The position numbers were made by a program, and so were the translations under genes. The notes beneath the pieces are model-generated. The model did not search any database. It was not told the DNA's origin and was given only the letters and a program-made list of their open reading frames with translations. Of a DNA stretch of 64,000 nt, positions 38,418 to 49,510 are shown piece by piece; position 1 is the stretch's first letter, and each line of letters begins with the position of its first letter. This DNA comes from Mobula hypostoma (taxonomy: Eukaryota). Location: assembly GCF_963921235.1 (NCBI RefSeq), contig NC_086108.1, forward strand, positions 18,352,001 through 18,416,000. Direction: 5' to 3'.

Positions 38418-40284
38418 CATGCAGTTCCTGATGTTTGCTCTTTACAGACTCTGTTCTATAGATTGATTTGCTAAATATACCTTCCAGAAAGAGAACCTCA
38501 GGGTTGTGTGCGGTGACATGTATGTACTTTGACTGGTCAGAGCATCAAATGATATGGTGAAAAGGATGTGTTGTCATCAGAGAGGGAATTTAGAAGAATG
38601 CAGGGGGATCTCATTGAAACCTACCGAATGTAGAAAGGACTAGGGTGGATGTGGAGAGGATGTTTCCCATGTGGGGATAACCAGAACTATAGGGCACAGC
38701 CTCAAAATTGAGGGGCAGCCTTATAGAACAGAGGTAAGGAGGATATTTTTTTTAGACAGAGGGTAGTGAATCTGTGGAATTCTCTGCCAAGGATTACTTT
38801 GAAACTTGAACTTTACCAGCAATCACTAATAGTAAGTGTGGTGGGTTAAACTCAGTCATTAGGTCCATAGTTCGAAAAGAAGTGATAGACTAGCGTAGTT
38901 GTGAACTATCTCAGCACATAGCTCTTGGAAAAACGTCACACATACAATGAGGCAACTTGGGGCATTGTAAGAGAATGAGACAGCAATCTCTGTTGTTCTG
39001 AAGCAACATCCCATAAATTGGACTTGGACAGGTTGGATAAACTAGGGCTGTTGTGTTTGGGTCGCAGAAGCTGAGGGGAGACCTGATACAAGTGCATAAG
39101 TTTCTGAAAGTCATAGATAGATTAGAAAACTGGTATCATTTTCCCAGGGTCAAAATGTCTGTTTCTAAAGGACATGCATTTCAGGTGAGTGGGGAAAGCT
39201 CAAAGGAGATATGCAGGGCAAGTTTTAAACACAGAGTGGTGGGTGCCTGGAGTGTGCTGCCAGGTGAAGGGGTGGAGACAGGTATGAAAGAGGTTGTAAG
39301 CAGCTTCTATGTAGGCACATGAATATGTGGAATGGGGAAGGTTGTAGACTGTGTGCAGGCAGAAGAGATTAGTTTAATTAGCTATCATTATCCGAATTAG
39401 AAGGGCCTGTTCTTGTTCTGTACTGCTCTATGTAACTGTATGAATGGCAACAGATCTGCCCGTTGGGTTATCATTTTGTGCACCTCTTCCTGTCAACAGG
39501 AAAGCAGTGGCTGGTTGTGTTGGTGTAAGTGAGACCATAAATGCTTTTGAATGAGTTTGTCAGATTACATGGGCTTGGTGCATCCAGTGATGCAGAGAAC
39601 TACAAGCTCTCTGCATCACTGGAGTTATGTTGCAATGTTCCCTCTCCCAACCTTCCCACCCTTCCCATCTGACAATGACTTTTCCATCATCAGCTTTGTC
39701 TAGAATGACCACAATGTGTGCTACCTCTATGCCTTTTGTTAATCTTCTCCCCTTCTCTCATCTGAAGGTACAGAGACACGCTACAGATCGGTGGGCTCCT
39801 GCAGCCCTCCTGCTCCGCGCCCTGCTGGCCGCTCATCGTGCACAAGCTTAGAGAGTGAGTGTTACTGGCTGGTCTCAAAGTTGGGGGTGCGGGCTACAGA
39901 ACCAGCACCATCGCCAGGGGCCATGTCATCCAGTGCACTGAACAGCAGCAAGGTGCCACTTTCTTCCCCAGCCACCCTGACAACCAGGAAGAAACTTTAG
40001 AACTCCAGCCTCACCCATCATTCACAATCCAAGGATCAAATCTTCAGTTCCGAAACCACAGCTGCATTGATAAGCCTCTGCCTTCCTGTTTTGGGACAGG
40101 TAGATACAGATTTATCAATAAACTATCAATTCGAGGTGTGAACTGGCGCTGTGGACAACCAACTGAGTCTGCAGTGTAGGAATGCTTGCCAGATGCAGCT
40201 GCAAGAGGGAGAATGCTACAGGAGCAAAGTATTCAGCATTTCAAGCATCACAGGCTGAAAGTTGGATGCTTATTGACCCTAGAT

Positions 40285-40364
40285 CAGGGTTTCCCAAACT
40301 TTTTCATGCCATGAGCCCCTACCATTAACCGAGGGGTAAGTGGACCCCAGGTTGGGAAACCCTG
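40285..40364. mobile_element. 80-bp hAT MITE
   Basis: Perfect TIRs CAGGGTTTCCCAA / TTGGGAAACCCTG; TSD CCCTAGAT/CCCTAGAG. Confidence 0.9.
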
Positions 40365-40371
40365 CCCTAGA

Positions 40372-40662
40372 GAGATACAGCACAGAAATGGGCCCTTCAG
40401 TCCACTGACCATCAACCTCCTCTATTCTCCCCTATTTCCCGACATTCTATCACTCGCCTACACACGAGGGGCAGTTTGCTTCAGCCAATTAACCTACATG
40501 CCCACATGGTGGTTGGGAGGTGAGAGGAAACCAGAGCACTGGCAGAATACATTGCAGTCACAGGAAGAACGTGTAAACTCCACATAGACAGCATCTGCAC
40601 TCAGGGTCAGGGTTGAACCTGGGTCTCTGGAACTGTGAGGAAGCTGTGCCACTATGCCTCCC
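40372..40662 (-). mobile_element. tRNA-derived SINE (HE1/V-SINE-like) with CR1-type 3' end
   Basis: B-box GGTTCAACCC on the - strand near 40610; core ggaaaccagagcac...cacaggaagaacgtgtaaactccaca; related copies at 48610-48910 and 2200-2395. Confidence 0.65.
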
Positions 40663-42203
40663 ATGGGTTATGGATACTTTGTTGCTTTGTGTACAAACAG
40701 GTGAGGTATCAATATTTATATTAAACAAATATTGGATGACATCGCAACATAATAGGAGCCAAATCATTAGAAATTGAGATTATTAGTGTCCATTATTTAA
40801 ATGCAGACCTAAAAAGAATGGAGTTACAACTTCAGCTGGCATGATGCCAGGTGCTTGTCTTGGGTAGGAGATTGCCACAAAAAAGGGCAGACTGACAATG
40901 CCACAATATGTACCACAAAGCTCTGGCTTATGTCCTGCTTGGGTACAGATAATAGTTGTACAGCAGGGATGCAGGCCATTTGGCCCATGATATCCAGGCT
41001 GACCAAGTACTATCTACACTAAACCTATTATCCATGTCATTTCAGCTTCGTCCTGCCATTTCAGCTCCCTCTTCACATTGCTAAGTCCACTTCCAGTCAC
41101 CCTGCTCCTGCTGCTCCTGGTTCACCCAGCATGGGTCACTGGACACCACCCTTTCAGGTTCACTTCAGCTCTATCACTCCTTCTTCCTTCTGTCTGCTTC
41201 AACTCCACTCTGCCATGGTGGTTGCAGGCTGTGTTATCCTAAGGGGGCGGGGGGGGTCGGGAGTGAGTTACAGTGTAGGTTGCGGATTCATTCTTACTGG
41301 AATGAATATACGTTGGTATTAGACAGCATTTCCACTGGGAACCAATATGACTGGGGTAATGTGCAGGGATCATGCAGAGGTGCTGGATGAAGGAGGGGCA
41401 AGTGAAGATGGTTTGCAGCTGAAGACCCTTTTCGACTATGGGTGGGTAGTAGCTCACCAGCAGCAAAAATCCTTGGTGTGATTTTTGTGTATCATGGCTG
41501 TGATTGGAACCACAGAGCGGGGTGACCATCACAATAGCTCCCACCCATCAACAAGGAGCCGCACTTCAAGCTGGAAATGTCTGCAAACATCTCAGAGTTT
41601 TCTGTCCATTGTAATGTAATTCCGAGTCCTCTCAAAGACTGGCTCACTTTCACCCCTGTCAGAGACCAGCAGTGGAGGTGGTTGGAGGAGGATGTTCTAT
41701 CACAAGATGTATTAGGAGTTCAGGCATTGTCCATTGTCTGCAGGGATACCAGTGTGCAGCACTGAATACCAGCTCCACCACTGGAAACTAAAGAGATTTC
41801 ACTTGCTTAATGCCAGCTTAATGTGTGTGACCTTACACAGCAATACTCAGAAGAGGGGTGATCTCTGAATCGACTTTAAATACTTCCTTCTCTGGAAATA
41901 CTATGACACTAACTTCATTTGAGCTACTAAGCAGAAGCTGTTTGACCCAGTGAGTTCCTCCAGCAATTGCTCATTGCTGGGGCTACAGCCCTCAAGGGGC
42001 CAAATGTCCATCACTGCTTCTGCTTTGTCAGGCTCTGAAGGGGCTTTCTTTTGCATTGCCTGGAGATGAACATGGGTTCCCTGGCAGTCGTCCCATTGCA
42101 GTGGGCAAAGAAGGCTTTATTACCAATCCCTGGTATGAGCCTACTCTCCCTCATGCCCTGCAGGGAGTGGGTTACTTGTACCTCTTGCTCTCACCACACA
42201 TGC

Positions 42204-45200
42204 CACAATATCCTGGCGGGAAAGTTTAATAGAGCTGTTAGGGAGGGTTTAAACTAATTTGGCAGGGGGATGGGAAACGGAATGATGGAGCGGAGGAAAG
42301 GGAAAACAGAAATAAATTTAAGATAGTGAGCAGTAAAGATGTCAGGAAAGACAGGCAGGTGATGGGGCAAATTTGTAGCCATTGGGATGAGTTGCAGTGC
42401 AATAAAGTTGCAGTGAAATCAAAGCAAAAAGTACCAAATACTGGTCTTAAGGTGTTATACTTAAATGCACGCAGCATAAGGAATAAGGTGGATGATCTTG
42501 TTGTACAGCTACAGATTGGCAGGTATGATATTGTGGCCATCTCTGAGATGTGGCTAAAGGATGCATGTCCCTGGGAGCTGAACGTCCAAGGATACACGGT
42601 GTCTCGGAAGGATAGGAAGGTAGGCAGAGGGGGAGGCGTGGCTTTATTGGTAAGAAATGATATTAAATCATTAGAAAGAGGTGATATAGGATTGGAAGTT
42701 GCATAGAAACATAGAAACATAGAAAATAGGTGCAGGAGTAGGCCATTCGGCCCTTCGAGCCTGCAGCACCATTCAGTATGATCATGGCTGATCATCCAAC
42801 TCAGAACCCCGCCCCAGCCTTCCCTCCATACCCCCTGATCCCTTTAGCCACAAGGGCCATATCTAAATCCCTCTTAAATATAGCCAATGAACTGGCCTCA
42901 ACTGTTTCCTGTGGCAGAGAATTCCACAGATTCACCACTCTCTGTGTGAAGAGGTTTTTCCTCATCTCGGTCCTAAAGGGCTTCCCCTTTATCATCAAAC
43001 TTTCACCCCTCGTTCTGGACTTCCCTAACATCAGGAACAATCTTCCTGCATCTAGCCTGTCCAATCCCTTTAGGATTTTATACGTTTCAGTAAGATCCCC
43101 CCCTCAATCTTCTAAATTCCAACGAGTATAAGCCCAGTCGATCCAGTCTTTCATCATATTAAAGTCCTGCTATGCCAGGGATCAATCTGGTGAACCTTCT
43201 TTGTACTCCCTCTATGGCAAGAATGTCTTTCCTCAGATTAGGGGACCAAAACTACACACAGTACTCCAGGTGTGGTCTCACCAAGGCCTTGTACAACTGC
43301 AGTAGTACCCCCCTGCTCCTGTACTCGAATCCCCTTGCTATGAATGCCAGCATACCATTCGCCTTTTTCACCACCTGCTGTACCTGCGTGCCCACTTTCA
43401 ATGACTGGTGTATAATGACACCCAGGTCTCATTGCACCTCCCCTTTTCCTAATCGGCCACCATTCAGATAATAATCTGTTTTCCTGTTTTTGCTACCAAA
43501 GTGGATAACCTCACATTTATCCACATTAAATTGCATCTGCCATGAATTTGCCCACTCACCTAACCTATCCAAGTCACCCTGCATCCTCTTAGCATCCTCC
43601 TCACAGCTAACACTGCCGCCCAGCTTCGTGTCATCCGCAAACTTGGAGATGCTGCATTTAATTCCCTCATCTAAGTCATTAATATATATTGTAAACAACT
43701 GGGGTCCCAGCACTGAGCCTTGCGGTACCCCACTAGTCACTGCCTGCCATTTTGAAAAGGTCCCGTTTATTCCCACTCTTTGCTTCCTGTCTGCCAACCC
43801 ATTCTCTATCCACATCAATACCTTACCCCAATACCGTGTGCTTTAAGTTTGCACACTAATCTCCTGTGTGGGACCTTGTCAAAAGCCTTTTGAAAATCCA
43901 AATATACCACATCCACTGGTTCTCCCCTATCCACTCTACTAGTTATATTCTCAAAAAATTCTATGAGATTCGTCAGACATGATTTTCCTTTCACAAATCC
44001 ATGCTGACTTTGTCCGATGATTTCACCGCTTTCCAAATGTGCTGTTATCACATCTTTGATAACTGACTCTAGCATTTTCCCCACCACCGATGTTAGGCTA
44101 ACCGGTCTATAATTCCCCGGTTTCTCTCTCCCTCCTTTTTTAAAAAGTGGGGTTACATTAGCCACCCTCCAATCCTCAGCAACTAGTCCGGAATCTAAAG
44201 AGTTTTGAAAAATTATCGCTAATAAATCCACTATTTCTTGGGCTACTTCCTTAAGCACTCTGGGATGCAGACCATCTGGCCCTGGGGATTTATCTGCCTT
44301 TAATCCCTTCAATTTACCTAACACCACTTCCTTACTAACAGGTATTTCCCTCAGTTCCTCCATCTCACTAGACCTTCTGTCCCCCACTATTTCTGGAAGA
44401 TTATTTATGTCCTCCTTAGTGAAGACAGAACCAAAGTAGTTATTCAATTGGTCTGCCATGTCCTTGTTCCCCATAATCAATTCACCTGTTTCTGTCTGTA
44501 GGGGACCTACATTTGTCTTAACCAATCTTTTTCTTTTCACATATCTATAAAAGCTTTTACAGTCAGTTTTTATGTTTCCTGCCAGCTTTCTCTCATAATC
44601 TTTTTTCCCTTTCCTAATTAAGACCTTTGTCCTCCTCTGTTGGACTCTGAATTTCTCCCAGTCCTCAGGTGAGCCGTTTTTTCTGGCTAATTTATATGCT
44701 TCTTCTTTGGAATTGATACTATCCCTAACTTCCCTTGTCAGCCACAGGTGCACTACCTTCCCTGATTTATTCTTTTGCCAAGCTGGGATGAACAATTGTT
44801 GTAGTTCATCCATGCGATCTTTAAATGCTTGCCATTGCATATCCACCGTTAACCCTTTAAGTATCATTTGCCAGTCTATCTTAGCTAATTCATGTCTCAT
44901 ACCTTCAAAGTTACCCTTCTTTAAGTTCAGAACCTTTGTTTCTGAATTAACTATGTCACTCTCCATCTTAATGAAGAATTCCACCATATTATGGTCACTC
45001 TTACCCAAGGGGCCTCTCACGACAAGATTGCTAATTAACCCTTCCTCACTGCTCAGTACCCAGTCTAGAATAGCCTGCTCTCTGGTTGGTTCCTCGACAT
45101 GTTGGTTCAAAAAACTATCCCGCATACATTCCAAGAAATCCTCTTCCTCAGCACCCTTACCAATTTGGTTCACCCAATCTACTTGTAGATTGAAGTCACC

Positions 45201-48200
45201 CATTATAATTGCTGTTCCTTTATTGCACGCATTTCTAATTTCCTGTTTAATGCCATCCCCAACTTCACTACTACTGTTAGGTGGCCTGTACACAACTCCC
45301 ACCAGCGTTTTCTGCCCCGTAGTGTTATGCAGCTCTACCCATATCAATTCCACATTCTCCCGGCTAATGTCCTTCCTTTCTATTGCATTAATCTCCTCTC
45401 TAACCAGCAATGTTACCCCACCTCCTTTTCTTTCATGTCTATCCCTCCTGAACATTGAATATACCTGAATGTTGAGCTCCCATACCCTGGAGCCATGTCT
45501 CTGTGATCCCAACTATATCATATTCATTAATAACAATCTGCACTTTTAATTCATCCACCTTGTTACGAATGCTCCTTGCATTGACACACAAAGCCTTCGG
45601 GCTTGCTTTTACAACACTCTTAGCCCTTATACAATTTTGTTGAAAAGTGGCCCTTTTTGATTCTTGCCCTGGATTTGCCAACCTGCCACTTTTACTTTCA
45701 CCTTACTACGTTTTGCTTCTACCCTCATTTTACACCCCTCTGTCTCTCTGCACTTGTTCCCATCCCCCTGTTGTGAACTAACCTCCTCTCTCATAGTCTC
45801 TTTAATTTCATTCCCACCCACCCCCCCAACCATTCTAGTTTAAAGTCACCTCAGTAGCCCTCGCAAATCTCCCCGCCAGGATATTGGCCCCCTAGGATTC
45901 AAGTGCAGAATCATTATGGGTTGAGCGAAGAAATCGCAGGGGTAAAAGGACCCTGATGGCAGTTATTTATAGGCCTCCAAACAGTTGCAGTGATGTGGAC
46001 TACAAATTACAACAGGAAATAAAAAAGGCTTGTCAGAAGGGCAGTGTTATGATCACTGTGGGGGATTTTAACATGCGAGTGGATTGGGAAAATCAGGTAG
46101 GCACTGAATCTCAAGAGAGAGAATTTGTAGAATGTCTGCAAGATGGCATTTTAGAATAGCTTGTTGTTGAGCCCACTAGGGGATCAGCTGTGCTGGATTG
46201 GGTATTGTGTAATGAACCGGAGGTGATTAGAGAGATTGAGGTGAAGGAACCCTTAGGAGGCAGTGATCATAACATGGTTGAGTTCACTGTGAAATTTGAA
46301 ATAGAGAAGCCAAAATCTGATGTGACGGTATTTCAGTAGAGTAAAGGAAATTACAGTGGCATGAGAGAGGAACTGGCCAAAGTTGACTTGAAAGGGACAC
46401 TGGCGGGAAAGACAGCAGAGCAGCAGTGGCTGGAGTTTATACAAGAAGTGAGGAGGGTGCAAGACAGGTATATTCCAAAAAAGAAGAAATTTTCGAATGG
46501 AAAAAGGATGCAACCGTGGTTGACAAGAGAAGTCTAAGCCAAAGTTAAAGCAAAGGAGAGAGCATACAAGGAAGCAAAAATTAGTGGAAAGACAGAGGAT
46601 TGGGAGGTTTTTAAAAGCTTACAAAAGGAAACTAAGAAGGTCATTAAGAGCGAAAAGATTAACTATAATTAATTAACTATTAAGCTAGCAAATAATATAA
46701 AAGAGGATACTGAAAGCTTTTTCAAGTATATAAAGAGTAAAAGACAGATGAGAGTAGATATAGGACCAATAGAAAATGATGCTGGAAAAATTGTAATGGG
46801 AGATAAGGAGATGGCGGAGGAACTGAACGAGTATTTTGCATCAGTCTTCACTGAGAAAGATATCAGCAGTATACCGGACAGTCAAGGGTGGCAGGGAAGA
46901 GAAGTGTGCACAGTCACAATTATGACCGAAAAAGTACTCAGGAAGCTGAATAGTCTAAAGGTAGATATATCTTCCGGACCAGATGGAATTGCACCCGTGT
47001 GTTCTGAAGGAAGTAGCTGTGGAGATTGCGGAGGCATTAGTGATGATCTTTCAAAAGTTGATAGATTTTGGCATGGTTCCGGAGTACTGGAAGATTGCTA
47101 TTTAAGAAGGGGGCAAGGAAGCAAAAAGGAAATTATAGACCTGTTAGCTTGACATCAGTGGTTGGGAAGTTGTTGGAGTCGATTGTCAAGAATGAGGTTA
47201 CAGAGTACCTGGAGGCATATGACAGGATAGGCAGAACTCAGCATGGATTCCTTAAAGGAAAATCCTGCCTGACAAACCTATTACAATTTTTTGTGGAAAT
47301 TACCAGTAGGCTAGACAAGGGAGATGCAGTAGATGTTGTATATTTGGATTTTCAGAAGGCATTTGACAAGGTGCCACACATGAGGCTACTTAACAAGATA
47401 AGAGCCCATGGAATTATGAGAAAGTTACATATGTGGATAGAGCATTGGCTGATTGGCAGGAAACAGAGAGTGGGAATAAAGGGATCCTATTCTGGTTGGC
47501 TGCCGGTTACCAGTGGTGTTCCAAAGGGGTCTGTGTTGGGGCCGCTTCTTTTTACATTGTACATCAACGATTTGGATTATGGAACAGATGGCTTTGTGGC
47601 TAAGTTTGCTGATGATACAAAGATAGGTGGAGGGGCTGGTAGTGCTGAGGAAACGGAGAGTCTGCAGAGAGACTTGGATAGATTGGAAGAATGGGCAAAG
47701 AAGTGGCAAATGAAATACAATGTTGGAAAGTGTATGGTTATGCACTTTGGCAGAAGAAATAAACGGGCAGACTATTATTTAAATGGGGAGAGGATTCAAA
47801 GTTCTGAGATGCAACAGGACTTGGGAGTCCTCGTACAGAATACCCTTAAGGTTAACCTGCAGGTTGAGTCGGTGGTGAAGAAGGCGAATGCAATGTTGGC
47901 ATTCATTTCTGGAGGAATAGAGTATAGGAGCAGGGGTGTAATGTTGAGTCTCTATAAGGCGCTGGTGAGACCTCACTTGGAGTACTGTGGGCAGTTTTGG
48001 TCTCCTTATTTAAGAAAGGATGTGCTGACGTTGGAGAGGGTACAGAGAAGATTTGACTAGAATGATTCCGGGAATGAGAGGGTTAACATATGAGGAACGT
48101 TTGTCCGCTCTTGAACTGTATTCCTTGGAGTTTAGAAGAATGAGGGGAGACCTCATAGAAACATTTTGAATGTTGAAAGGCATGGACAGTGGATGTGGCA

Positions 48201-48535
48201 TAGTTGTTTCCCATGATGGGGGAGTCTAGTACGAGAGGGCATGACTTAAGGATTGAAGGGTGCCCATTCAGAACAGAAATGCAAAGAATTTTTTTTTAGT
48301 CAGAGGGTGGTGAATCTATGGAATTTGTTGCTACGGGCAGCAGTGGAGGCCAAGTCATTGGGTGTATTTAAGGTAGATGTTGATAGGTATCTGAGTAGCC
48401 AGGGCATCAAAGGTTATGGTGAGAAGGCGGGGGAGTAGGACTAAATGGGAGAATGGATCAGCTCATGATAAAATGGCGGAGCAGACTCGATGGGCCGAAT
48501 GGCTGACTTCTGCTCCTTTGTCTTATGGTCTTATG
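42204..48535 (+). mobile_element. CR1 subfamily B (end of ORF1 plus complete decayed ORF2), interrupted by subfamily A
   Basis: ORF1 end NILAGKFNRAVREGLN*; APE 42326-42706 resumes at 45906 (ESLWVE); RT 47068-48060; tcttatgg tail. Confidence 0.93.
42703..45905 (-). mobile_element. CR1 subfamily A, ORF1 end plus almost complete ORF2
   Basis: ORFs 43815-45512 and 43429-43818; (catagaaa)n tail at 42702-42725. Confidence 0.95.
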
Positions 48536-49510
48536 ATGCTGGTGCCTGAGAGTGTTCAACTGATCATTGCCATCCCTGCTTTTGCTATTTTTGTTGAAGC
48601 TTGCAGTTCATGGAGTCATACAGACCCTTCAGCCCATCAAGTCTGAGTCAACCATCGACCACCTATTTACAGCAAACCTCCACTCATTCCCACCCCCCCC
48701 CCCGGATTCTCCCCACATTGGCATTAATTGTCCCCCTGAGATTCTCCCACTCGCCTACACACATGGGCAATTTACAGTTGGTGATTAACCGACTGTCTTG
48801 CACACACATAAACAGAGAAGATGTACAAACTCCACACAAACTGCATCCAAATTGGGATTGAACTCCTAACTGCGGAGCTCTGAGGCAGTGGATCTGCCTG
48901 CTGTGCCATCCAAAAATTAAACAAGCTTGGAGTCCATAGCACCCTCAAAGTCAGTGCACAAATTGATAGGGCAATAAAGAAGGTATCTTTAAGGTCAAGG
49001 TATTGAGTTCAACAATCAGGATGTGTTGCAGCTAATTAATCCACCAGCCACACGGAGATGGAGCACCAGGAAAAAACGCAGATGGTTCTATTGTCTTGAT
49101 AAAGAATAATATGGGATGGAGACGCAGCAGTCTTGGTTACTCTTTACATTGAATTGCACAGTGGTAGGACAGGGCTTTCTGACCACAGAGAAGCAAATCA
49201 CAGGATGTCCACTTAAATTATGCAGTTCCTCAGTATGAAAACATGGAATAATCCCTCTTGATGTGTGGATGTCTCCACGGATTTATCAATATACAGTTTG
49301 AACTGGCCTTAGCAATTGATCAAGACACAAGATGCTGGAGGAATTCAATGAGTCAGATAGCATCTGTGGAGGAAGTGGGCTCTGTGCAGATGAAAGGTCT
49401 GGACCTCAAAGCATTAATAAGTAGAGCTGGAGTGACCCAGCTCTTCAGGCAGTCCAAAGTGAAACACAGTCCTGTCCCCTGATCCTGGCATTTTGATCTG
49501 CTGACACTGT

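Noticed and set aside
44707..45468. Long + strand ORF (253 aa) and similar ORFs antisense to CR1
   Set aside because: Shadow frames of CR1 ORF2, recurring in every copy, with no independent protein signature.
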